DNA of 64,000 bases from an uncultured Phycisphaeraceae bacterium (GCA_964518335.1 CAZFDT010000001.1:13391-77390), one strand, 5' to 3'; shown: positions 53,637-62,825, numbered from the stretch's first letter. Made by a program: numbers and translations. Notes: a model not told the origin generated them from the letters alone.

Positions 53637-54758
53637 ATGAAGCTGTTTCGATGTCAGTGTGGGCAGACGGTGTTTTTCGAGAACTCGCAGTGCGTGAGCT
53701 GCGGAGGCGTGCTGGGGTATTGTCCGTCGTGCCGGCGGATCGCACGGCTGCGGCCGCACGAGCGTGGAGTGTGGCGCTGCGAGGAGCCGTCCTGCGGGGC
53801 GTGGGTGCGCCAATGCGCCAATTACGAGACGCACGGCGTGTGCAACCGGTGCGTGGCGGCGCCCCCGGAAGGGGCCGGGGCAGTTCCGGGGACACTTCCG
53901 GGGGCAGTTCCGGGATCATTTCCGGGGGGGCTGTGCGACTGCTGCTCGCTGAACCGGACGATACCCGACCTGTCGGTGGCGGGGAACCTGCTGAAGTGGT
54001 CGCGGCTGGAGGCGGCCAAGCGGCGTCTGATGTACGGGCTGGAGCTGGTGGGGCTGGAGGTGGGGCGGGCGGACAACGCGATCGAGCCGAAGCTGCGGTT
54101 CGAGTTCAAGGCCGATGTCGAGCACGCCCAACGCGGGTGGGGCAACCCTGACGAAAGCGAGCGCTTCTTCACGGGCCACCTCCATGGCGTGATCACGATC
54201 AATATCAGCGAGGCGGACGACGTGCAGCGCGAGCAGGCGCGCGTGAGTCTGGGCGAGCGCTATCGCACGCTGCTGGGCCACTTCCGGCACGAGGCGGGGC
54301 ACTATTTCTGGGACGTGCTGGTGCGGGGTCGCGACGAGGATCACTGCAGCGCGGTCTTCGGCGACCATCGCGATCCGGGTTACGAGGCGGCCAAAGCGGC
54401 GTACTACAACGGCGGCGCCCCCGCCGACTGGCCGACGCGCTTCGCCACGATGTACGCCGCCATGCACCCCTGGGAGGATTTCGCCGAGACGTTCGCCCTG
54501 TACTTGGACATGCACTCGGCGCTGGACACGGCCCACCACTGCGGGATCGGCCTGCCGGGCTATCTGCAGCGCGACCTGCGGCGCATGGTCGCCGACTACA
54601 TCGACCTGGGCACGCGCATGAACGAACTCAACCGCAGCATGGGCCTGCAGGACTGGCTGGCGCGGCTGATTCCACCGGCGGTCACGACGAAGCTGGCATA
54701 CATCCACGACCTGGTGTCTGCCGCCGCGGCCCACAACAAGGAAGCCCGCGGTTCATGA
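53637..54758 (+). CDS. Zinc-ribbon plus putative zinc-binding metallopeptidase-like protein
   Basis: GGGAGG RBS. N-terminal MKLFRCQCGQTVFFENSQCVSCGGVLGYCPSC (zinc ribbon) and the downstream HEAGHYFWD (HExxH). No signal peptide. Confidence 0.7.
   Translation: MKLFRCQCGQTVFFENSQCVSCGGVLGYCPSCRRIARLRPHERGVWRCEEPSCGAWVRQCANYETHGVCNRCVAAPPEGAGAVPGTLPGAVPGSFPGGLCDCCSLNRTIPDLSVAGNLLKWSRLEAAKRRLMYGLELVGLEVGRADNAIEPKLRFEFKADVEHAQRGWGNPDESERFFTGHLHGVITINISEADDVQREQARVSLGERYRTLLGHFRHEAGHYFWDVLVRGRDEDHCSAVFGDHRDPGYEAAKAAYYNGGAPADWPTRFATMYAAMHPWEDFAETFALYLDMHSALDTAHHCGIGLPGYLQRDLRRMVADYIDLGTRMNELNRSMGLQDWLARLIPPAVTTKLAYIHDLVSAAAAHNKEARGS
53880..53927 (+). repeat. In-frame 2 x 24-bp tandem repeat (21/24 identical) encoding AVPGTLPG-AVPGSFPG
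   Basis: GCAGTTCCGGGGACACTTCCGGGG / GCAGTTCCGGGATCATTTCCGGGG, lying between Cys pairs of the zinc-ribbon region. Confidence 0.8.
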
Positions 54759-54771
54759 TCCGCGGGCTTCC
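54740..54771. terminator. Perfect 12-bp-stem hairpin spanning the stop codon between convergent genes
   Basis: GGAAGCCCGCGG-TTCATGAT-CCGCGGGCTTCC. The loop contains the TGA at 54756-54758. Confidence 0.5.
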
Positions 54772-54799
54772 AGAGTGTTGGGCTATGGGTGACTGCGAC

Positions 54800-55585
54800 T
54801 CAGTCATACAGCGGGCTGACGGTGGTCGGGGCAACTTCCTTGAGCGTGAGCGTGGTCTCGATGCGGAAGTTCGACTCGGTTGTGTGGCGCTCGGCGAAGA
54901 AGAAGTCGAGCTTGTAGTTGCCGCCTTCGACCAGGCCCAGTTCGGCGGCCTTGGTGTCGAGGTCCACGGCCTTGCTCGTCTGGCCGTGCACGCCGCCGAT
55001 GTCCACCGCGAGCTTGCCGTTGATGAACACCCACACGTCGTCGTCGCCGGTGAACTTGAACTCCAGCGGGTAGCTGCGCTCGCTCATCGGTGTGTAGGTG
55101 AACTCGGTGTGAATCTCGTAGGTGAAGTAGAAGTTGCGCCAGTTGCCGTTGGCGTCCTTGGCCTTGTCGTTCCAACCCAGGCCGTCGATCGGGAAGAAGT
55201 ATTGGGGCTTCTCGATGGCGAAGATATAGACGTGCGGCTTGAGCGGGTTGCTCTTGGTCAGCGTGATCGTGTAGGGGATGGTGATGTTGACATCCGGCAC
55301 GTCGCGGAACCACTGGTTGAAGGACGTGGGTCCGGCGATCATGCCCAGGTTGTAGTTGGTGCCGGTGTTGAGCACAGGCTTGCCGTCCTCGCCCAGCGTG
55401 GACAGCACCAACCCGGTGCGCACGCCGAAGTTCTTCGTGGCGTACTCCATGTCGGGGTGGCTGACCTTGAAGTCGCGGATGACGCCCGTGAGTTGGATGG
55501 AGTCGTCGGCCTGGGCAGCGGAGATGGGTCCGGCCACGCCCGCCAGCGCCAAGGCGCCCAAAAGTTGTTTGACGGTCCGATTCAT
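54800..55585 (-). CDS. Secreted fibro-slime (PA14-related) domain protein
   Basis: Signal peptide MNRTVKQLLGALALAGVAGPISAAQA. Contains FTGDDDVWVFINGKLAVDIGGVHG and FFFAERHTTESNFRIETTL, hallmarks of the fibro-slime domain. Confidence 0.8.
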   Translation of the reverse strand: MNRTVKQLLGALALAGVAGPISAAQADDSIQLTGVIRDFKVSHPDMEYATKNFGVRTGLVLSTLGEDGKPVLNTGTNYNLGMIAGPTSFNQWFRDVPDVNITIPYTITLTKSNPLKPHVYIFAIEKPQYFFPIDGLGWNDKAKDANGNWRNFYFTYEIHTEFTYTPMSERSYPLEFKFTGDDDVWVFINGKLAVDIGGVHGQTSKAVDLDTKAAELGLVEGGNYKLDFFFAERHTTESNFRIETTLTLKEVAPTTVSPLYD

Positions 55586-55717
55586 CGTTCGACCCTTGAA
55601 ATGCCTCACAAGTGCGTGTCCGCGACAAAGCTACGATTCAGGTCCGATACGGGCCAGCGCGCAATCAGGCAAAAGAGACACACAGGGTTTGCCCAGTCGT
55701 TGCAGATGGCCGGTCGT

Positions 55718-57484
55718 TCAGCGCTGGTAAAGTGGCCGGGGGGTGTAGGACGTGTGCAGGAGGCGATGCGCCTCCGGGCCCAGGGGCTTGCCCGGGAAGC
55801 GGTCATAGAGTGTGTGGACGTGGGCGTTGTGGTGGGCGCAACGGTGAGACCGGGCGCGGTCGTCGCGGTAGAGCCCGGCGGCGCGCTGGGCGCGGATGGC
55901 ATCGGTGATGCCGTAGGGTTGGCCACCGCCGCCGACGCAGCCACCGGGGCAGGCCATGACCTCGATGAAGTGAAAAGGCGGGTCGTGACCGGCCTGGCGT
56001 GCGGCGCGAACGCGATCGAGGACGCTGGCGACGTGGCCCAGGCCGTGGGCGACGGCCAACTGCAGCACATGCCCGTCGATGGGCACGCTCGCCTGTTTGA
56101 CGCCGCGCAGGCCGCGCACCGGCTGGAACTCCAGCGCGTCGCCGGGGAGGTCGCGCCCGGTGATGACCCAGTGCGCGGTGCGCAGGGCCGCCTCCATCAC
56201 GCCGCCGGTGACGCCGAAAATTGTGCCCGCGCCCGAGTAGTCGCCCAGCACGTCGTCCGCTTCGGCGTCATCGAGGCCGGCGAAATCGACGCCCGACTGC
56301 TTGAGCATCCGGGCGAACTCGCGCGTGGTGAGCACACAGTCCACGTCCTGTCGGCCGGAGGCGAACATGTCCCGCGAGCGCTGGATCTCGTATTTCTTGG
56401 CGGTGCACGGCATGACCGACACGCCGTAGATGCTTGCCGGGTCGATGCCTGCCTGCCGGGCGAAGTAGGTCTTGGCGAGCACGCCGACGATGGCGTGCGG
56501 GCTCTTGACCGTGGAGAAGCAGTCGATGAGATCGCCGTAGTACTTTTCGAGGTAGTCGATCCACGAGGGGCAGCAGGAGGTGATCAGGGGCAGCACGCCC
56601 TGGCCGGTGAGCAGGCGCTGGGCCAGCTCGTGGCCCTCTTCGACGACGGTGACGTCGGCGCCGAAGTTGGTGTCGAACACGGCGCGGAAGCCCAGGCGTC
56701 GCAGGGCGTGGTAGATCTTGCCGGTGAGCAGCGTGCCGGGCGGGAAGCCGAAGGCCTCGCCCAGGGCGACGCGGACGGAGGGAGCGATCTGAGCGATGCA
56801 GAATGCCGCCGGATCGCGCAGGTGGTCCCAGACCTCGGCCGTCTGGTCGAACTCGCGGATGGCGCCGGTGGGACAGTGGGCGGCGCACTGACCGCATCCG
56901 ACGCAGGGCGACTGGGCCAGCGGGATGCCGCCCGCCGGGCTGATGTGCGTGCCGAACCCGCGATCGAGAAACGACAGCGCCCACACGTTCTGCACGTTCT
57001 GGCACACCTCCAGGCATCGCCCGCAGGTGATGCACTTGCGCGGGTCCAGCACGATCGTGCCCGTGGACGTGTCGAGCTTCGACTCGGGCACGATCGGATC
57101 GAGCGTCTGATGCACGATGTTGAACTCGGCGGCGATGCGCTGCAGTTCGCACGTCAGGTTGCGCCCGCACGACAGGCACTCGGCCGGGTGACGCGACAGG
57201 ATCAGCTCGATCACGGTGCGGCGGACCTGCACCAGTTCGGGGTCCTGCGTGTGAATCACCATGCCGTCCTCGACGGGCGTGCAGCAGGCGCGGGGCTTGC
57301 GCGTCGAGCCCTGCACCTTGACGATGCACAGCCCGCACGCGCCGGTCGGCGGCAGATCGGGGTGCTTGCACAACTGCGGCACGCGCACGTGAACCTGCTC
57401 GGCAGCCTGAGCAATCGTCGTGCCCGAGGGCACGGACAGCGCGTGTCCGTCGATTGTGGCGCTGACCCTCGGCATCCGCATCAT
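55718..57484 (-). CDS. hydA: [FeFe]-hydrogenase catalytic subunit (HydA, multimeric group-A type)
   Basis: N-terminal 2Fe-2S domain (CKHPDL...ACGLCIV), HPAECLSCGRNLTCELQ, and two 4Fe-4S motifs (CITCGRCLEVC, CVGCGQCAAHCP). H-cluster motifs are TSCCPSW, MPCTAKKYE and EVMACPGGCVGGGGQP. ATG 57482-57484 overlaps the hydB stop (ATGA). Confidence 0.9.
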   Translation of the reverse strand: MMRMPRVSATIDGHALSVPSGTTIAQAAEQVHVRVPQLCKHPDLPPTGACGLCIVKVQGSTRKPRACCTPVEDGMVIHTQDPELVQVRRTVIELILSRHPAECLSCGRNLTCELQRIAAEFNIVHQTLDPIVPESKLDTSTGTIVLDPRKCITCGRCLEVCQNVQNVWALSFLDRGFGTHISPAGGIPLAQSPCVGCGQCAAHCPTGAIREFDQTAEVWDHLRDPAAFCIAQIAPSVRVALGEAFGFPPGTLLTGKIYHALRRLGFRAVFDTNFGADVTVVEEGHELAQRLLTGQGVLPLITSCCPSWIDYLEKYYGDLIDCFSTVKSPHAIVGVLAKTYFARQAGIDPASIYGVSVMPCTAKKYEIQRSRDMFASGRQDVDCVLTTREFARMLKQSGVDFAGLDDAEADDVLGDYSGAGTIFGVTGGVMEAALRTAHWVITGRDLPGDALEFQPVRGLRGVKQASVPIDGHVLQLAVAHGLGHVASVLDRVRAARQAGHDPPFHFIEVMACPGGCVGGGGQPYGITDAIRAQRAAGLYRDDRARSHRCAHHNAHVHTLYDRFPGKPLGPEAHRLLHTSYTPRPLYQR

Positions 57485-59148
57485 GGGCGACCTGCCTTTC
57501 CACCATCGACGAGTGCCGCGTATTCGTCGGCGAAACTGCGCAGCGTCGAAAGCACCGGGTTGGGCGCCGTCTGGCCCAGGGCGCAAAGCGACGCCGCCTG
57601 CATGGCGTGGCCGACGCGCTGCAGCGCCGCCAGATCCGACCGCGTGCCCCGACCGGCGACGAGCTTGTCGAGGATGTGCAGCATCTGCTTGCCGCCGATA
57701 CGGCACGGCGCACACTTGCCGCACGACTCGGCGACGCAGAAGCCCAGGTAGAAGCGGGCCAGCTCGACCATCGAGTCGCTCTCGTCCATGACGATGAGCC
57801 CACCCGAGCCCATGATCGAGCCCAGCTCGCGAAGGTGCTCGTAGCTCACGGGCGTATCGAAGCAGGCGGCGGGGATGACGCCGCCGGACGGTCCGCCGGT
57901 CTGCACAGCTTTGACCGGTCGGCCCGAGGCGCTGCCGCCGCACATGTGCTCGACGATCTCGCGCAGCGTCGTGCCCATGGGGACCTCGATCAATCCGCCG
58001 CGCGCCACGTGGCCGGACACGGCAAAGACCTTCGTGCCCGTCGAGCCGTCGGTGCCGATGCCGCCGAACCATGCCGCGCCCTTGAGGATAATCCGAGGCA
58101 CATTGGCCAGCGTCTCGACATTGTTGATGGTGGTCGGGCAATCGAAGAGGCCGCGCTGCGACGGGTAGGGCGGTCGCGGTCGCGGCGTGCCGCGGCGGCC
58201 CTCGATCGACGCGATCAGCGCGGTCTCCTCGCCGCAGACAAACGCCCCGGCGCCGAGGCGCACCTCCAGGTCGAGGCTGAACGTGCTGCCCAGGATGTTG
58301 CGGCCGAGCAAACCCAGCCGGCGCGCCTGCGCCAGGGCGTGCCCGATGCGCTGCACGGCCAGCGGATACTCGGCCCGGATGTAGAAAAACCCGTGCGATG
58401 CGCCCTGGGCATAGGCGGCGATGGCCAGCCCCTCGATCACTGCGTGGGGGTCGTCCTCGAGAACGCAGCGATCCATGTACGCGCCGGGGTCGCCTTCGTC
58501 GCCGTTGCAGATGACCCACTTCTCTTCGCCGGGCGTCTCGCGCGTCAGACGCCACTTGGTCCCGGTCGGGAACCCCGCACCGCCCCGGCCCCGCAGGCCG
58601 CTGGCCTCGATCTGCTCAATCACCTGTTCCGGTGAATAGTGCGTGAGGCACCGGCTCAGGGCCTGATATCCATCTGCGGCGATGTAATCGCCAATGCTCT
58701 GGGGATCGATCACCCCGCAGTTGCGCAGCACGATGCGGTATTGGCGGTGCAGGGTGTCGCCCCGCTCGTTCTTGGCGGGGGGGTCGTCCTCCGGCCGCAC
58801 CAGCTCGCTGAAACCTCGCACCTTGTGTTTGTCCGCGATCCGCCGCGCCTGCACGTGCGAGTCCAGCAGCCACTGGGCAATCCCGGCGTCCACGTGGCCG
58901 TACATCGTCCGCGGCACGCCTTCGACCTCCATCTCGACCAGCGGCTCGTCGCTGCAGTTGCCGGCACAGCCCGTACGCAGGACCGGCACATCCAGCCCCC
59001 GATCGGCAACCCCCTGACGCAGCGCGTCGAACACCGCCTGGGCGCCGGCGGCACGACCCGACGTGCTCAGCCCGACCTTGATCCACTGTCGCGGTCTGGC
59101 GCATGCCGCTCGCATCTGATCCAGCGTCTGCGGGGTCAACCTCGCCAT
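57481..59148 (-). CDS. hydB: NuoF-like flavoprotein subunit of [FeFe]-hydrogenase (HydB)
   Basis: Contains GRGGAGFPTGTKW (FMN/NADH site) and the 4Fe-4S motif ESCGKCAPCRIG...LCALG, plus an N-terminal thioredoxin-like extension. There are no further CxxCxxCxxxCP motifs after the NuoF core. Confidence 0.9.
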   Translation of the reverse strand: MARLTPQTLDQMRAACARPRQWIKVGLSTSGRAAGAQAVFDALRQGVADRGLDVPVLRTGCAGNCSDEPLVEMEVEGVPRTMYGHVDAGIAQWLLDSHVQARRIADKHKVRGFSELVRPEDDPPAKNERGDTLHRQYRIVLRNCGVIDPQSIGDYIAADGYQALSRCLTHYSPEQVIEQIEASGLRGRGGAGFPTGTKWRLTRETPGEEKWVICNGDEGDPGAYMDRCVLEDDPHAVIEGLAIAAYAQGASHGFFYIRAEYPLAVQRIGHALAQARRLGLLGRNILGSTFSLDLEVRLGAGAFVCGEETALIASIEGRRGTPRPRPPYPSQRGLFDCPTTINNVETLANVPRIILKGAAWFGGIGTDGSTGTKVFAVSGHVARGGLIEVPMGTTLREIVEHMCGGSASGRPVKAVQTGGPSGGVIPAACFDTPVSYEHLRELGSIMGSGGLIVMDESDSMVELARFYLGFCVAESCGKCAPCRIGGKQMLHILDKLVAGRGTRSDLAALQRVGHAMQAASLCALGQTAPNPVLSTLRSFADEYAALVDGGKAGRP

Positions 59149-59160
59149 GACACACCGCCT

Positions 59161-59694
59161 TCACGTCTCTTGCACCGCCGTCGCCGCCTCCCCGCGACAG
59201 TCGGCGATCAGGGACGACACAGTCGCCGCAGTGCAACGCACGTGTACCCGACCGTTGATCATCACCACCGGCGCCAGGCCGCAGCAGCCCAGGCAGCGCA
59301 CCGTCTGCAGATGAAACTGCCCATCTGCTGTCGTCTGTCCCTCGCCGACGCCCAGCGCCTGTCGGAACGCGTCATAGACCTCGCCGCCACCCTTGAGATG
59401 ACAGGCGGTGCCCTGGCAGACGCTGGTGATGAATCGGCCGGGCGGCCGCAGCTTGAAGTAGTGATAGAACGTCAGCACCTCGAAGATGCGCGCCAGGGGC
59501 ACGTGCATGACCCGCGCCACCTCCTTGGCCACGTCCCATGGCACGTAGCCGTGATGGCCCTGAACATCGTGCAGCACCATGATGAGATTGCCCCGGCGCC
59601 GCGACCATCGCCGGACGATGATCGCCAGCTCGGGCGATAAATCGACGACCGTCCCCGGAGAAGCGTTGGCGCTATGGGCGGGAGGGTCGGTCAA
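59161..59694 (-). CDS. hydC: NuoE-like [2Fe-2S] subunit of [FeFe]-hydrogenase (HydC)
   Basis: Contains CQGTACHLKGG ... RCLGCCGLAPVVMING, the NuoE/HydC cluster ligands. Confidence 0.9.
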   Translation of the reverse strand: MTDPPAHSANASPGTVVDLSPELAIIVRRWSRRRGNLIMVLHDVQGHHGYVPWDVAKEVARVMHVPLARIFEVLTFYHYFKLRPPGRFITSVCQGTACHLKGGGEVYDAFRQALGVGEGQTTADGQFHLQTVRCLGCCGLAPVVMINGRVHVRCTAATVSSLIADCRGEAATAVQET

Positions 59695-59727
59695 GGCGCC
59701 GCTCCCAAGGATGCGTGGCGTCCCTAT

Positions 59728-59755
59728 ATCATACCAGATAGGATTGTGTTTGGAA
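59728..59755 (-). promoter_or_regulatory. Sigma-70-like promoter candidate for hydCBA
   Basis: On the minus strand this reads TTCCAA-N16-TATGAT (with TGG just upstream of the -10), about 35-60 nt upstream of the hydC start, in a locally AT-rich patch. Confidence 0.3.
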
Positions 59756-59769
59756 TGCGGCGGTCGCGG

Positions 59770-60468
59770 TTACGCCGATGGGGACGGCGCGATCGCGGTG
59801 TCGGCGTGGCGCACGGTTTTGCAGAAGGCGCGGATGAGGGCCGTGTCCTTGACCCCACGCGACGACTCGACGCCGCTGGACACATCCACTGCATACGGCC
59901 GCAGCTTGCCAATGGCGTCGGCGACGTTGGCTGGCGTCAGGCCCCCGGCCAGGATGAACGGCGGGGCGTGGCGCAGGAGACCGGCGTGAACCAGCCGCGC
60001 CAGGGCGTCCCAGTCGAATCGTCGGCCGGTCCCGCCACGTTCGGCGGCGACGGTGTCGGGCGACGGCGGCGGAGTGTCAAACAGCACGCCCGCCACGTTA
60101 GGCACCTCGCGCCACGTCGCCAGGCCTTCGCTGACGTGCCGCGACTCGAAGGCGATCGACTTGAGCACGCGCAGCGGCGTGAGCTGACTCACGTCGCGCG
60201 GCGATTCACTGCCGTGCAGTTGCACCGTGCGCAAGCGCAGTGCGTCGGCGGTGCGGCGGACGGCATCGACATCTTCATCGACGAACAGCCCCACGGGCTC
60301 GACGAACGCCGGCAGCGCGGCGACGATGTCGCGAGCCGCCTCGAGTGTAACCTGCCGGGGTGAACCGGCGACGAAGACCAGGCCGATCGCGTCGGCGCCG
60401 GCCAGCGCCGCGGCCAGCGCTGTCTCGGGTGTCGTGATGCCGCAGATCTTGATGCGCGTGCTGGGCAT
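59770..60468 (-). CDS. trpF: Phosphoribosylanthranilate isomerase
   Basis: Begins MPSTRIKICGITTPETALAAALAGADAIGLVF, with TrpF length and pattern. Confidence 0.9.
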   Translation of the reverse strand: MPSTRIKICGITTPETALAAALAGADAIGLVFVAGSPRQVTLEAARDIVAALPAFVEPVGLFVDEDVDAVRRTADALRLRTVQLHGSESPRDVSQLTPLRVLKSIAFESRHVSEGLATWREVPNVAGVLFDTPPPSPDTVAAERGGTGRRFDWDALARLVHAGLLRHAPPFILAGGLTPANVADAIGKLRPYAVDVSSGVESSRGVKDTALIRAFCKTVRHADTAIAPSPSA

Positions 60469-60500
60469 GATGAGCCTGATCTTACCCGCGACTGACGCCG

Positions 60501-62783
60501 CTATCGCTCGATGCGCTGCAGGTTGGCGTACTGCAGCACGAGGGTCTTGATGCCGGCGGTGTTGAACTCGATGCGGGCGCGGGTGCTCGTGCCGGTGGGC
60601 TGGACCTGGAGGATGCGGCCCAGGCCGAACTGCGGGTGCCGCACCAGCGTGCCGGGGGCGTATTCGCCGGCGGCGCGGCGGGCCTCGTCGCGCTGCAGCC
60701 GGCTCTCGACGGGATCGGGCTCGATGTCGCGGTCCCAGCTCGCCGACGCCTCATCGAGCAGCTCGATGGCGTCGCGCGGCATCTCGCCGAAGAAGCGGCT
60801 GGCGATCGTCGCCTCCGTGCGCCCGAAAACGGTGCGCCACTTGGCGTGCGTGATGAACAGGTGCTTCATCGCCCGCGTGATGCCCACGAAGCACAGCCGC
60901 CGCTCCTCCTCCAGCTCGCTCATGCTCTCCTGCGCCCGGTGATGCGGCAGCAGATTCTCCTCGACGCCGATCATCGCCACCACGGGGAACTCCAGCCCCT
61001 TGGCCGCGTGCAGCGTCATCAGCGTGACGGCGCCCTCGTTCTGATCCACCGAGTCCACGTCGCTGACCAGCGCGATACGCTCCAGCAGCGAGTCGAGCTT
61101 GTGCGCGATCGACGCCTGCTCGCCCTGCTCGCTCATCTCGGCGTCGATGTCGTCCTCGAACTGCTGGGCGCTGCTGACCAGTTCGCCGAGGTTGGCCAGG
61201 CGCTCCTGGTCGGGATCGCTCTTATCGTTGGCGTGCAGTTCGTGCAGGCCCGACTCGCGGATGATCATCTCGACGAAGGCGCGCAAGGACAGGACGTGCT
61301 CGCTATCGGCGGCGCCCTCGACGATGCCGGCGACGCCGCGCCAGCGATCGAGCTGGTTGGCGAACGTGCCCACGGCATTGACGGCGCGGGTGTTGAGGCC
61401 GGGCACCGCCAGCGGGGTCTTGAGCACGTCTTTGAGCGTCAGGTTGTGCGCCAAGCCATAGGCCTGCAACGTCTTGACCGTGTTGTCGCTGATGCCCCGG
61501 GCCGGCGTATTGATGATGCGCGACAGATTCACCTCGTCGGCGGGGTTGGCAATGGCGCGCAGGTATGCCACGGCGTCCTTGATTTCCTTGCGGTCGTAGA
61601 ACGCCGTGCCCCGCGCGATCTGGTAGGGAATCCCCGCGTCGCGCAACGTCTCCTCCATCACGCGCGACAGTGAGTTGATGCGGTAGAACACGGCCATGTC
61701 ACCCCACGACAGCTCCTGCTCGTCGCGCAGGGTGCGGAACTTGTCCATGACCCATTGCGCCTCGTGTCGCTCGTCGCTGGTGGTGACGATCCGCACGGGA
61801 TCGCCTGCCGGATTGTGCGTCCACAGCGACTTGTGCTTGCGCTGGCGGTTGTTTTGGATCAGCTTGTCGGCGACGGCGAGGATCTGTGGCGTCGAGCGGT
61901 AGTTCTGCTCCAGCCTCACGACGCTCGCGTTGGGGTAGTGCTTCTCGAACTCGAGGATGTTGCGGATGTTGGCGCCGCGCCAGCCGTAGATCGATTGGTC
62001 GGGATCGCCCGTGGCGCAGATGTTGTCCTGCAGCCCGCCGCCGGGCGCCAGCACGTTGGCGATCATGAACTGGGCGTGGTTGGTGTCCTGGTACTCGTCG
62101 ATGAGCAGGTACTGCCACCGCCCGCGAAGCTTGTCGAGAACCTCCGGCCGCTTCTTGAGCAACTGCACGGTCAACCGCAGCAGGTCGTCGAAATCCACGG
62201 CGTTGTTGCGGTCGAGGATATCCTGGTATTTCTTGTAGATCTTGGCGACGTTGCGGCTGTAGAAATCGCCCACGGACCTGGCGAACTCCTCGGGCGATAG
62301 CAGCTCGTTCTTGGCCTGGCTGATGGCGTGGAGCACCTTCGCCGGCGGGAAGTGTGTCGTGCTGATCTCCAGCGATTCGAGGGCCTGCTTCATCGCCCGC
62401 TGCTGGTCGGCGGTGTCGTAGATCGAAAAGCCCGGCGTCAGACCGGCCAGATCGGCGTGCTCCCGGATGATCCGCGCGCACAGGCTGTGGAACGTACACA
62501 CCGTCACCGCCCGCGTCTGCTTCTCGCTGAGCAGTTGCCCGATGCGCTGCTTCATTTCCCCGGCGGCCTTGTTGGTGAAGGTGATCGCCAGGATGTGCCA
62601 CGGCGCCAGGCCGACGCGCAGCACCAGGTGAGCCACGCGGCGGGTGATGACGCGCGTCTTGCCCGACCCGGCGCCGGCGAGCACCAGCAGCGGGCCGTCC
62701 ACGTGCATGACCGCCTCGCGCTGCGGGTCGGTGAGGTCGGCCAGCAACGGGTCCGTGTCGATGGGGGTGGAGGTCGCATCCAT
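60501..62783 (-). CDS. pcrA: ATP-dependent DNA helicase, UvrD/PcrA family
   Basis: Contains LTDPQREAV, Walker A AGAGSGKTRVIT, motif II LIDEYQDTN and later SF1 motifs (TLHAAKGLEF). ATG 62783 chosen as the start (ORF-track start 62804 is an alternative). Confidence 0.9.
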   Translation of the reverse strand: MDATSTPIDTDPLLADLTDPQREAVMHVDGPLLVLAGAGSGKTRVITRRVAHLVLRVGLAPWHILAITFTNKAAGEMKQRIGQLLSEKQTRAVTVCTFHSLCARIIREHADLAGLTPGFSIYDTADQQRAMKQALESLEISTTHFPPAKVLHAISQAKNELLSPEEFARSVGDFYSRNVAKIYKKYQDILDRNNAVDFDDLLRLTVQLLKKRPEVLDKLRGRWQYLLIDEYQDTNHAQFMIANVLAPGGGLQDNICATGDPDQSIYGWRGANIRNILEFEKHYPNASVVRLEQNYRSTPQILAVADKLIQNNRQRKHKSLWTHNPAGDPVRIVTTSDERHEAQWVMDKFRTLRDEQELSWGDMAVFYRINSLSRVMEETLRDAGIPYQIARGTAFYDRKEIKDAVAYLRAIANPADEVNLSRIINTPARGISDNTVKTLQAYGLAHNLTLKDVLKTPLAVPGLNTRAVNAVGTFANQLDRWRGVAGIVEGAADSEHVLSLRAFVEMIIRESGLHELHANDKSDPDQERLANLGELVSSAQQFEDDIDAEMSEQGEQASIAHKLDSLLERIALVSDVDSVDQNEGAVTLMTLHAAKGLEFPVVAMIGVEENLLPHHRAQESMSELEEERRLCFVGITRAMKHLFITHAKWRTVFGRTEATIASRFFGEMPRDAIELLDEASASWDRDIEPDPVESRLQRDEARRAAGEYAPGTLVRHPQFGLGRILQVQPTGTSTRARIEFNTAGIKTLVLQYANLQRIER

Positions 62784-62825
62784 GCCGCTCGAATCGTAGC
62801 ACAATCTGGTGGCCGCCAGCCGTGA

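Noticed and set aside
54755-57751. 998-aa plus-strand ORF, the longest in this region
   Set aside because: It is entirely antisense to the fibro-slime gene and hydA, both of which have unmistakable motifs. Its product is low-complexity (A/G/R/V/D/H-rich), as expected for a shadow ORF in GC-rich DNA.
55718-58555. Full 945-aa extension of the hydA ORF
   Set aside because: The extension runs through hydB in another frame. ATG 57484 gives the canonical HydA N-terminal 2Fe-2S domain and overlaps the hydB stop by ATGA.
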